64,000 nt of DNA from Paraspadella gotoi (lineage: Eukaryota > Animalia > Chaetognatha). A program made the position numbers and the translations under genes. The stretch lies in assembly GCA_051294375.1 (NCBI GenBank), contig JBJCIZ010000035.1:1-64000 (forward strand), given 5' to 3'. Below are positions 11,200 to 23,397 of the stretch, one piece after another. Within the stretch, counting starts at the first letter, position 1; each line of letters begins with the position of its first letter. The notes beneath the pieces are model-generated. The model was not told the DNA's origin. It did no database searches and saw only the letters and a list, made by a program, of their open reading frames with translations.

Positions 11200-13700
11200 T
11201 AGTCGGATCTGCTTATCAGCAGATCCCGACTCTATAACTCACTTTGTCGGTCCGTCGGTCCGCCCCCTCAATATTGTCGGGCACACACTTATATCATGTC
11301 AGAACATCGAATTATGATAAATTATGCAAAAAAAATGATGTCCGTCCGTCCGTCGTCCGTCCGTCCGTCCATCCCACCTTAGCAAAAAACACAAATTACT
11401 CGTGATTGGATGGATTTAAATGAAATTTTGTGTGAGGATAGGTAAGTGTGTGATTGAGCTGGATATGAAGTTTCGATGGAATCGTCCGAGTGGAAATGAG
11501 TTTAAATGGAAAAAACAAAAAAAATATATTCACTATTTGAACACCAATTGCTCATGAGTGGATGGGCTGATTGACCTGGAATTTTGTATGTGGGTAGGAA
11601 AGTAAGTGATTGAACAGGAAATCAAGTTTCGATGGAATAGTTTGAGTGGAAATGAGTTTAAATGGAAAAAAACAAAAAAACCTGTTTTACTAATTGATTA
11701 TGCTTCTTTTTCCTTTTATTTAAATGTATATGCAGGATGTATTAATAAATCAAATAATTAATCAGTTAATTAATCAATTAGTATATAAATTAATCAATAA
11801 TTAATTAATTAGTCAATCAATCCGTCCATCCGTCCCATCTTAGCAAAAAGCTCCAATAACTCGTGATTGGCTGGTTGTATTGGAATTAAATTTTGTGTGT
11901 GAGTTGGAAAGTGTGTGATAAAGATGGATATAAAGTTTCGATGGAATCGTGTGAGTGGAAATTAGTTTAAATGGAAAAAACATAAGTCGAATTTACTCAA
12001 ATCTTTTTACTTATTTTAACCAATAAATACTCTAATTAATCATAATTGGATGGATAGATTGAGTTGAAATTTTGTGTGTGGGTAGGAAAATGTGTGACGA
12101 AGGTTGATATAAAGTTTCAGTGGAAACGTACCAGTGGAAATGAGTTTAAATGAAAAAAATATGAGTCACATTTACTTGAATCTTTTTATTTATTTTAACC
12201 CATGATAGATTGAGATGAAATTTTGTGAGCCGGTAGGAAAGTGAGTGAAGAAGCTAGATATAAAGTTTTGACGGAATGCAAGTTGAAAAAATTATGCAAG
12301 TTGAAAAAATGATGCAAGTTAAACAAATCTTAAAAGCATAAGGATCGTGTTATTGCATAAAAGAGAGAGAGAGAGAGAGAGAGTGAGAGAGAGAGAGAGA
12401 GAGAGAAGGAGACATAAAATAAAAAAAATCTTAAAAGACTCAAGATCGAGCCAGAGCCCACTATCAAAGAAAATTAATGAAAAAACTACTAATTGATTGA
12501 TGTAATAGTAATTTATTGATGTAATAGGAATTGATTATTGATTCGATGATAATCAATTATTGATGCGATGATAGTCATTCACTGCTGTGATGATAGTCAT
12601 TCACTGATGCGATGATTGTCATTCATTGATGCGATGATAGTCAATAAAACAAACAAATGCGTGTATGAGTGAAAGAGAGAGAGAGAGAGAAAGAAAGAGA
12701 GAGAGAAAGAAAGAGAATAAATCCATGAAAATCTCGGATGAAAATATGGGATTTTGTATTGAAAAAAAGCGCGGAATAAATGGTAATAATAAAAAGTTTT
12801 TAGAAGGAAAAAAATAATCAGAATTTTTCAAAAAACAAACGATCACGCAAGAGATCGGACAGAGAGGGACAGACACACACAGAGAGAAAAAGAGAAGAGA
12901 GACAGCCGCTGCAGAGAAAGAGAGAGAAAGAGCGATATATAATAATTAAAAGAGAGAGAGAGAGAGAGAGAAGCTCTACAGCCCCTTTACTCGTTAAAGA
13001 ATCAGCAGTACCTATGGCGCCGGACGTAGCGTGAGCTCTTCTCTACCCAGGACCCGGGTTCGCACCCTGTTCGCGGCATCGTTTTTTACATTAGTGAGCC
13101 CACATTATATCTAAAAATTTTTTTGTAAAAAAAAAAAAGAGAGAGAGAGAGAGAGAAAGAAGCTGGACAGACGCTGCAGAGCCGGAACTCGTTTTTAGAC
13201 AAATCAGAAGAAGCAGTGACGGAGAAAAAGAGAGAGAGAGAGAACGACATATATTTAAGAGAGAGAGAGAGCGACATATAATTAAAACGTTTTTGTTTTG
13301 TAAATAAAACAAACAAATACGAATATTGATATGAAACATGAGAATTTTAAAGATCTTGATCTTAGAAGCCATATATGAAATTTCAACTCTCTATGATATC
13401 ACACTTTCAGAAGCCATGATTGCAAAAAAGTGTGACCGAAAGCTAAACCGAATCAAAATCTAGCCAGGACGGGCTTTGCCCGCCTGGCTCGATAAAAGAG
13501 GATATTTGTTTGTTTTGATAAAATGTAAACAAAACATTTAATAACTGTCCTGACTCAATTTTAAGGACATCGATGATGACAAGCTGAATATAAATTATAA
13601 TTAATTAATTAATCTATTAATTAATCTATTAATTAATTAATTAATCTATTAATTAATAAATATCGTAGGCAGATCCGACATTGTTTGCTCAAACTTGTTT
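11200..13700 (+). mobile_element. HINE family A 5' end to 3' end, with nested pieces
   Basis: 5' hairpin agtcggatctgcttatcagcagatcccgact at 11201, (GTCC)n microsatellite at 11340-11372, 3' subterminal repeat plus hairpin at 13668-13700. Confidence 0.65.
13005..13087 (+). mobile_element. tRNA-derived SINE head or tRNA pseudogene
   Basis: A-box-like TGGCGCCGGACG, B-box-like GGTTCGCACCC within a T-arm, followed by a T-run; acceptor stem does not pair; duplicate at about 20999-21081. Confidence 0.55.
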
Positions 13701-15208
13701 TAAATATGTGTTAATGTCTAATGTTTTTGCCTAAATTGAAATATCTGCCACCTCCCGCATTCCTCTTTTTAAATTTTTTCTAAATGTAAGAAACACGGTA
13801 AAGGAAGTTTTTAAAAATAAAAACTAATAAGTGTTGAGTCATCCTATCAGTTTCAGCTCTCAGTGAAGACGCCGAGCTATCGTGTATAGCATTGCTTTGA
13901 AAGCGTTATGATGCTCAAAACTTATTTGTGATTTATTCGTCAATCTCTGCAGCCCCAGGGCTTAGACTTTGTAGTAAGTTTTTTTTGAGGGTAAGGTTTT
14001 CCGTCGCTAAGTATCTTGAATTAACAAGACTTTTGCTCCTCCCCATAAAATTATAGTTTTTTTAAATTATGACTAACTTAACTTAACTTAAAAATTATAT
14101 TTTCTTATATCAACTCTTTGCAAGGAATGCGAATCCGGGATTACAATTTTTAAATTATTTATTTTTTAACTTTAGCCTAATTTTTATTCATAATTATTAA
14201 TAAATTGAGAAATAAATTTACCAAAATATTTTTATAGGTCTTTATTTTTATATTATAAAAGCTCATGTAAATTTAAAAAAAATTAATAATTTGCTTTATC
14301 CTTACTTATTATGTTTGCCCTATTTTATTAGCATTTTATATACATTAAAAATCGTCATTTCCGACAAGAAAGATGAAATTATACAAAGAAATGGTCATCA
14401 CCATCGAATTCTTCAGACCTTATTACAGTAAAATAATTATGAATGGAATTTAATATTTTATATTTTGTTATATTTTAACGCTCTAATGGAGAACCAAGGC
14501 ATTTTTAGCAGATATATCAAAATATGAATCCCTCATCAACAGAAACTAATTGAGCCAAAAATTAATTTTTTAAAGAATTTTTAAGTTTTTTCATTATATA
14601 TAAAAATACTTAACCGTACAGCAATCATATTTGGGATAACTTTTAATCAATTTTTTTCAAATAAGTTTAAAATAAGGAATTTGTTAACTGAAATAGGATT
14701 GTTTCGTCACCTTTTGCCATAGTATTATTAGTTCCTGAGCCAATTTAATAAGTATGAAAATCAAATTTACATAAAAAAATTAAAGAAAAAAAAGTCAAAA
14801 TAAAATTCTGTATAACTCGCTAAAGGGATATAACTAAAATAATAGCTAACAAAAGTTAATTTTATTCAGTATTATTGTTGTAACATTTAGTTTGATTTAC
14901 ATTTACATTAATTAAGTTTCTCTAAATTATTTTGACCAATTAAGTCTTATATATTATTTTTCTCACATATTATTATCTAATCTTGCCAGTTTATCTATTT
15001 TAGTCTTTTAATTTTTGTCTATTGAAAGAAAATTACATAAAAGCTAAAAATTTCAAGATGACCTGAAGACACGTGACTTTGGCGCTTTTGATCCACCCCG
15101 TAGCGATTTTTTAAAATATCTTATTTAGGTGCAATTGAGCATACAAACAAATACTCTGTATAATTGTATATTATCATTCGGTACAATTGGTTCAATCATT
15201 GACTTCAG

Positions 15209-15357
15209 AATTTCTGATTCAACCTGAGGACCTGGAAGATCTCCCCAAATACCAACGTCGAAGCCCCTTTGAAGACGCCTCAGAAATTACTGTTTATCTC
15301 CGCTCAGACGTTGAGCGAAAAGCCGTGCTAGTCTGGGGTTCTAAAGATAATCTCGCG
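15209..15357 (+). CDS. SLC30A9: Zinc transporter 9 exon (N-terminal soluble domain)
   Basis: cag|..|gt; (E)FLIQPEDLEDLPKYQRRSPFEDASEITVYLRSDVERKAVLVWGSKDNLA matches the recalled ZnT9 motif RRSP..TVYLRSDVE.K...VWGS. Confidence 0.92.
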
Positions 15358-15487
15358 GTTTGTATCTGCGTTCTGCCTTTGGTAGGGTTACATCCACTTT
15401 GTCAGTTAGAAACGCTCAATTGTCATGGTGCATACCCCCCTGGGCATTTCTAAATATTGCCTTTTATTTACTAAGGGTAAACAATTT

Positions 15488-15645
15488 TTTTATCTCGCCA
15501 GACGGGCATAGGCATAGGCCCATCTTTGGTGACATTTTGGTTTACTATTGCTTTTTAGTGACGTAGTCTTCATTGTTGTCACCGTCGTCACGTTTTTTAT
15601 TTCGCCAGATGGGCTTAGGCCCGTCTAGGGTGAGATAATGGATTC
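15488..15645 (+). mobile_element. Two 5' ends of a third HINE-like family (C)
   Basis: Terminal hairpins tctcgccagacgggc..gcccatct and ttcgccagatgggcttaggcccgtctagggtgaga after T-runs; related minus-strand end at 13461-13498. Confidence 0.5.
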
Positions 15646-16912
15646 TTACTTTCTTAGTGATGTTGTCATTGTCATCACGCTTTTTACATTTGGAAATTAT
15701 CAAATTGTGGGTTTAAAGGAAGCTAAAAATTTAGATATAGCTTCTCAACATCAAGATCTTTTAAAATCACATTTTCATATCGATTCAAGTATTTTTTGTT
15801 TTAATTTCATTTTTATTATGATTTACAGCAATATGCAAATTAGAATATAGTACATACTACATTAAATTTGGGTTTATGAAGCTGAAAATTTATATACAGC
15901 TTCTCATCATCGATGTGCTTAAAATTGAGTCTGGACAGTTATTAAATATGTTTTGTTTACGTTTTATCAAAACAAACAAATTTTCTCTCTTTTATTTTCA
16001 TATTTCTTTCTCTCTCTCTTTTCTCTTTTAATTACATGTCTCTCTCCCTCTCTCTTTTTCCTCATCACTGATTCATAGTCATAGGGAAAAAACGAGTCTG
16101 CAGCTGGCTCTGCAGGGGCTTATTCTTTTTCTCTCTTTCTCCTGCTGCTTCTGCTGCTGCCTTTTGAGTCTGCAGCTGGCTCTGCAGGGGCTTATTCTTT
16201 TTCTCTTTTTTCTCCTGCTGCTTCTGCTGCTGCCTTTTGATTTCTTTCTTTTCTCTCTCTCTCTCTCTGCGTTTTTATTAAAAAAAAATTGAATTAGGAT
16301 TGAACTCGTATAATTAGGCATCGCATTCCTGCATGTTATCATTTTGCTATCGCAACATCAGGTTTTTTTTTTCCTCAGGGGCTGCGTCTGCTGATTAATT
16401 TATTTTTTGATAATGAAATTTTTTTTTCTTTTTTTTCAGAAACTGTAATTTTAATTTATAATTTATAAAATATAATTTTTCTTTCTGTTTATAAATTAAT
16501 TTTCTTTTCTCAAATTTTATTTTTTTTAGTATCAAAATTTGTCGTCAATCCATTTTTTCTTATGCTATTGCGACGATCCTTATGCTTTTTAAGATTTTAT
16601 TATTATTATATATACTAATTTGCTTATTGTATTAAGTCATAATAATAAAGAAATTCATACAAAAAATACTTAAATCCATTTTAAACATGATAATTTAAAA
16701 GATCTTGATGAGAAGCTATATCTAAATTTTAATACAAATTAAAATACACACTTTAACAACTTCCCATTGTAAACAATTGTAACAATTTTCAATTGTAAAA
16801 CAATTGTAACAATTTTTTTTGGTCCTTTAATTTCTTTAAATTATCTCGCTGCCTCACTGATTCGTTTAAAAACTAGTTGAGCTCTGCAGCGGCTGGACTT
16901 CTCTCTCTCTCT

Positions 16913-17146
16913 GATATTGGAGATTTAATGTTTCCTTGTTACTTGATATTGAGTATATTCAACTGGTTAGGGAGACATGGGAAGATTTAAGGCAAGTAAG
17001 GATGAGTTTGAGAACATAGGGGAATGGTGGGACTGTGGCAAATCTGTTTTGCGAAGTTGTTACTATAGATTATGCAAGAAGAAAGAGATTAAGAAAAAAG
17101 AAGGTTAGAAAATGAAATTCGAAAGTGTCACTATTGGTCAGGGATA
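16913..17146 (+). mobile_element. L1/Tx1-clade LINE ORF2 remnant, part 1
   Basis: YWRFNVSLLLDIEYIQLVRETW...EWWDCGK resembles the post-endonuclease motif W.LN.SLL.D...WWD..K; frameshifted. Confidence 0.7.
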
Positions 17147-17877
17147 TTTTTACCGTCGCAATCGCTAAGCGTTTGCGACGATATTGTATCGCTTTTGCCC
17201 ATAAGTGGCGTCGTCGTTGTCGTCGGCGTTCCAAATTATAGATCGCCTTTTATGATTAAATTTAGATGTATGAAGCTGAAAATTTATATACAGCTTCTCA
17301 TCATCGATGTGCTTAAAATTGAGTCTGGACAGTTATTAAATATGTTTTGTTTAGGTTTTATCAAACAAAAAAATTTTCTCTTTTTTTTTCATATTTCTTT
17401 CTCTCTCTCTTTTCTCTTTTAATTACATGTCTCTCTCCTCTTCTCTCTTTTGCCTAGTCACTGATTTCATAATCATAGGGAAAAAAACGAGCCTGCAGCT
17501 GGCTCTGCAGGGGTTTATTCTTTTTCTCTCTTTTCTCCTGCTGCTTCTGCTGCTTCTGCTGCTTCTGCTGCTGCCTTTTGATTCTTTTCTTTCTCTCTCT
17601 CTCTCTTGCGTTTTTATTATAAAAAAAAATTGAATTAGGATTGAACTCGTATAATTAGGCATCGCATTCGTGCATGTTATCATTTTGCTATTTTTCAGAA
17701 ACTGTAACTTTAATTTTCTTCCGTACTTTATTATTTTTTTTTATTGACAATCGCAAAATAGAATTTTTCTTGTTTATCATTTAATTTTCTTTTCTCAAAT
17801 TGTCTTTTTTTTATTTGTCATCAATCCAGATTTTTTTTATGCTATTGCGACAATCCTTATGCTTTTAAGATTTTTTT
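17147..17877 (+). mobile_element. Complete HINE family B copy inserted in the LINE remnant
   Basis: 5' hairpin ccgtcgcaatcgctaagcgtttgcgacg; 3' end gctattgcgacaatccttatgcttttaagatttt; T-rich flanks, no TSD. Confidence 0.7.
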
Positions 17878-18140
17878 AATGAGGATCATTTGGCTTATGT
17901 GAAAGAAAGGTTAGCAGAGAAAGAAGAGAGGAAGGCTGAGGGGCAAGGATAACGTCGAGGGCAGCTCATTTTGAGACGAGGGAACCGGGTTTAGCTTATT
18001 TTAGTAAGGTTGAGAAAATGAGATTTAATGGTAGTTTAATTTATGCATTAAAAGATAAGCAAGGTCAGGTTAGGAAAGGGACAGAGGGCGTTCTTCATGT
18101 TGCTCATGAACATTATGTGAGAATGTTTAGTAAAGGTAGA
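17878..18140 (+). mobile_element. L1/Tx1-clade LINE ORF2 remnant, part 2
   Basis: KAEG/ARITSRAAHFETREPGLAYFSKVEK...IYALKDKQG...HEHYVRMFSK resembles the GA.IRSR..E..YF..EK motif. Confidence 0.7.
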
Positions 18141-20369
18141 CCGTGAAGCTAAACTCGGATTTTCAAAAAATCTTGCAGATATGATCACTAGGGTGAAGTG
18201 AAGGTTTGGAATCAAATTTAGCAGTTATATCTTGAAAACTATTATATTAGTGAATAATAATCTATAGTTATTTTTCTTTTTTTATAAATATAGTAGCCCA
18301 GGCAGCTAATTTTGTATATAATGTATATTTTATATATATATATATATTATTATTATATATTATATTATATTATATTATATATATTATTATTTATATATTT
18401 TATATATAATGTCAAAATTTCAAAATGGTTTTTTTTTAATTCTGAGAACAGATTCATATTCCTTGTTAAAAGTTGTTAAAAGAAAATATAAATCTTTTTT
18501 TAAAAATTATGTCATTAAGTAGGTTAAAATTATAAAAAAGTTTGAGCAAACAATGTCGGATCTGCCTACAATAATTAAGCGGTTGTAGAAGGCGATAATA
18601 GTAGGTAATCAGATGATAAATCACATTTTTTTAAATATTTTTTTCAACTCGCATCATTTTTTCAACTCACATCATTTTTTCAATTTGCATCATTTTTACA
18701 ATTCACATCATTTTTTTAACTTGCATCATTTTTTTAACTTGAGCCATTTTTATGATCATTTTTAGTTCTGAATCATCGGGAAAAAAAACTAGTCTGCAGC
18801 TGGCTCTGCAGGGGCTCTTTCTTTTTGTCTCTTTTCTCCTGCTGCTTCTACTACTGCCTTTTGATTTTTTGATTTTTTTCTGGCTGCCTCTGCTGCTGCC
18901 GCTCTCTCTATCTCTCTCTCTCTGCGTTTTTATTAAAAAAAAATTGAATTAGGATTGAACTCATAAAATGAAGCATCGCATTCGTGCATGTTATCATTTT
19001 GCTATCGTTTTTATCTCTCTCTCTCACTCTCTCTCTCTATGCAATTGCGACGATCCTTATGCTTTTNNNNNNNNNNNNNNNNNNNNNNNNNCCTTTAAGA
19101 TTTTTTCAACTTGCATCATTTTTTCAACTTGCATAATTTTTTAAATTGCATCATTTTTCACATTAATTAATTAATTAAACATTAAGTAATCAAAAATAAT
19201 AAAGATTCAAGTAAAGTGACTTATGTTTTTTTCCATTTAAACTCATTTCCACTGGCACATTTCAGTCAAAACTTATATCTCGCTTCTTCACCACACTTTC
19301 CTACCCGCTTACAAAATTTCATCTTAATCTATTATGGGTTAAAATAAGTAAAAAGATTCAGTAAAAATTTCCGGGTCCAATCAGAGAACACGAGAATTCT
19401 GAGATGTTGCAAAGCTGGAGGATCGAGTAATTTATTGTCTGGGTGAATATAAAAGAAAGGATCGAAAAGGGAGAAAAGTAAGAGAAAAATTTGAAATTTT
19501 TATGTGAGAATTTCAAAATTCTTGTTGGACCACTTTGCAAATTTTCCATGAGAATTTTTACTCTTTACTCTAATTTCTACAAAAAATTGTGTAAAGAAAG
19601 AAAAGAAGAAAAATAGTAGAAAAATTCGAAATTTTCCGTCGTCTTGGTCAGCAGAAAATTGAATTTTCTCAGCTGTAGCCAGACGAGAATGACCTGCTGC
19701 CTTTGGTAGGAATAATAACTTTTTTTTGCCCGCAAAGAATTAAAACTCGTTATATGTCTAGATCACATTCTTTCTCCAAGAATTTTTTGTAGATTCGGAA
19801 AAGAGTGAAAAATTCAACGGAAAATTTACAAAAGTGGTCAAGGAGAATTTCGAGACTCTCACGCTTCGGCCACAAAGAAAGTTAAGGAAATAACTTGTAA
19901 ATAATTACAACAATCATTACAAATTTTCCGTCTTTTCTACAAATTTTTTTCTAGAATCCGGAGTGAAGAGCAAAGTTTTAGCCGGAAAATTTGCAACTCG
20001 CTCAAGGAGAATTTCGAAATTCTCACAGCCAGACCACATAAAGAAACTAAAGACTAACATATAACTATCTACTTCACAAATCTTTTCTAAAACTCTGAGT
20101 CTAGCTCGAACTTCTGGCCGGAAATTTCCAACCTGGTCGAGGAGAATTTCGAAACTCCACCAGACTACCCCTTCACTTACGGACACTAACATATATTACT
20201 GGTCAATTCTGCTCTAACAAAAGTAATATTGATTAACCTGGTCTCATATACTACTGTGACCGTGTGGATAGACCGTCTCGGAGAAGGAAAGAGGGAAGGG
20301 TTTAGAGAGAGAGAACGGTTGGTAAGTCGCCTCAATTCTTTAATTAATAGTTTTTCATTTCTTAATAAG

Positions 20370-20569
20370 GCGCGCAGCAGCGAATAAACCAAAAAGAAGA
20401 AGAAGAATACAAGCGGCGTGTGTATCAAATGCGTCAAGTTTTACGCGACTACCGAAAACGTCGTGCCTTGTCAGGGAGCGGCGTCGGGTTTAACACTACG
20501 AAATCGCGTAGACGCTGATCCAAATCGCCGACATTCGCGGACGATAGGCACAGCAACGTTTGACCTCAG
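20370..20569 (+). pseudogene. SLC30A9: Frameshifted duplicate of SLC30A9 exon 28397-28592
   Basis: Near-identical with small indels; sits at the end of the duplicated block. Confidence 0.7.
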
Positions 20570-23246
20570 TGGACTGCTCTCTCTGCTCTTACTCTCTCAT
20601 CTATTATGGGTTAAAATAAGTAAAAAGATTCAAGTAAAAATTTCCGGGTCCAATCAGAGAACACGAGAATTCTGAGATGTTGCAAAGCTGGAGGATGAAA
20701 GAAAGAGAATAAATCCATGAAAATCTCGGATGAAAATATGGATTTTGTATTGAAAAAAAAGCGCGGAATAAATGGTAATAATAAAAAGTTTTTAGAAGGA
20801 AAAAAATAATCAGAATTTTTCAAAAAACAAACGATCACGCAAGAGATCGGACAGAGAGGGACAGACACACACAGAGAGAAAAAGAGAGAGAGAGACAGCC
20901 GCTGCAGAGAAAGAGAGAGAAAGAGCGATATATAATAATTAAAAGAGAGAGAGAGAGAGAAGAGAAGCTCTACAGCCCCTTTACTCGTTAAAGAATCAGC
21001 AGTACCTATGGCGCCGGACGTAGCGTGAGCTCTTCTCTACCCAGGACCCGGGTTCGCACCCTGTTCGCGGCATCGTTTTTTACATTAGTGAGCCCACATT
21101 ATATCTAAAAATTTTTTTGTAAAAAAAAAAAAGAGAGAGAGAGAGAGAGAAAGAAGCTGGACAGACGCTGCAGAGCCGGAACTCGTTTTTAGACAAATCA
21201 GAAGAAGCAGTGACGGAGAAAAAGAGAGAGAGAGAGAACGACATATATTTAAGAGAGAGAGAGAGCGACATATAATTAAAACGTTTTTTGTTTTGTAAAT
21301 AAAAACAAACAAATACGAATATTGATATGAAACATGAGAATTTTTAAAAGATCTTGATCTTAGAAGCCATATATGAATTTCAACTCTCTATGATATCACA
21401 CTTTCAGAAGCCATGATTGCAAAAAAGTGTGACCGAAAGCTAAACCGAATCAAAATCTAGCCAGGACGGGCTTGCCCGCCTGGCTCGATAAAAGAGGATA
21501 TTTGTTTGTTTTGATAAAATGTAAACAAAACATTTAATAACTGTCCTGACTCAATTTTAAGGACATCGATGATGACAAGCTGAATATAAATTATAATTAA
21601 TTAATTAATCTATTAATTAATCTATTAATTAATTAATTAATCTATAATTAATAAATTATCGTAGGCAGATCCGACATTGTTTGCCTCAAACTTGTTTTAA
21701 ATACTGTGTTAATGTCTAATGTTTTTGCCTAAATTGAAATATCTGCCACCTCCGCATTTCCTCTTTTTAAATTTTTTCTAAATGTAAGTAACACGGTAAA
21801 GGAAGTTTTTAAAAATAAAAGATAATAAGTGTTGAGTCATCCTATCAGTTTCCAGCTCTCAGTGAAGACGCCGAGCTATCGTGGTTCTATAGCATTGCTT
21901 TGAAAGCGTTTATGATGCCTCAAAACTTATTTGTGATTATTCGTCAATCTCTGCAGCCCCAGGGCTCTAGACTTTGTAGTAAGTTTTTTTGAGGGTAAGG
22001 TTTTCCCTCGCTAAGTATCTTGAATTAACAAGACTTTTTGCTCCTCCCCATAAAATTTATAGTTTTTTTAACATTATGACTTAACTTAACTTAACTTAAA
22101 AAAATTATATTTTCTTATAATCAACTTCTTTGCAAGGAATGCGAATCCCGGATTACAATTTTTAAATTATTTATTTTTACTTTAGCCTATTTTTATTCAT
22201 AATTATTAATAAATTGGAGAAATAAATTTACCAAAATAATTTTTATAGGTCTTTATTATATTATAAAAGCCTCATGTAAATTAAAACAAATTAATAATTT
22301 GCTTCATCCGTTACATTATTATGTTTGCCCTAATTTATTAGCGATTTCTCTATATACATTAAAAAATTCGTCATTCCGACAAGAAAGATTGAAATTATAC
22401 AAAGAAATGGTCATCACCATCGAATTTTTTCAGACCTTATTACAGTAAATAATTATGAATGGCAATTTAATATTTTATATTTTGTTATATTTAACGCTCT
22501 AATGGAGAACCAAGGCATTTTTTAGCAGATATATGCAAAATATGAATCCCTCATCAACAGAAAAACTTAATTGAGCCAAGAAATTAATTTTTTAAAGAAT
22601 TTTTAAGTTTTTCGATTATATATAAAAATACTTAACCGTACAGCAATCACATTTGGGCATAACTTTTAATCAATATTTTTTTCAAATAAGTTTAAAAATA
22701 AGGAATTTGTTAACTGAACTAGGATGTTTCGTCACCTTTTGCCATAGTATTATTAGTTCCTGAGCCAATTTAATAAGTATGAAAATTCAAATTTTACATA
22801 AAAAAAATTAAAGAAAAAAAAGTCAAAATAACAATTCTGTATAACTCGCTAAAGGGATAATAACTAAAATAATAGCTAACAAAAGTTATTTTATCAGTAT
22901 TATTGTGTGTAACATTAGTTTGATTTACATTTACATTAATTAATGTTTCTCTAAAATATTTTGACCAATTAAGTCTTATATATTATTTTTCCTCACATAT
23001 TATTATCTAATCTTGCCAGTTTATCTATTTTAGTCTTTTAATTTTTTGTCTATTGAAAGAAAAATTACATAAAAGCTAAAAAATTTCAAGATGACCTGAA
23101 GACACGTGACTTTTGGCGCTTTTGATCCACCCCGTAGCGATTTTTTAACATATCTCTATTTAGGTTGCAATTGAGCATACAAACACAATACTCTGTATAA
23201 ATTGTATATTATCATTCGGTACAATTGGTTCAATCATTGACTTCAG

Positions 23247-23397
23247 AATTTCTGATTCAACCTGAGACCTGGAAGATCTCCCCAAATACCAACGTCGAAG
23301 CCCCTTTGAAAGACGCCTCAAGAAATTACTGTTTATCTCCGCTCAGACGTTGAGCGAAAAAGCCGTGCTAGTCTGGGGTTCTAAAGATAATCTCGCG
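23247..23397 (+). pseudogene. SLC30A9: Frameshifted duplicate of SLC30A9 exon 15209-15357
   Basis: Near-identical with several 1-bp indels. Confidence 0.75.

Noticed and set aside
13005-13087. Functional tRNA gene
   Set aside because: Acceptor and anticodon stems do not pair; only the A/B boxes and T-arm remain
16079-18952. Short Leu-, Ser- or Arg-rich ORFs
   Set aside because: Translations of (CTG)n and (CT)n tracts inside HINE interiors, repeated at several loci
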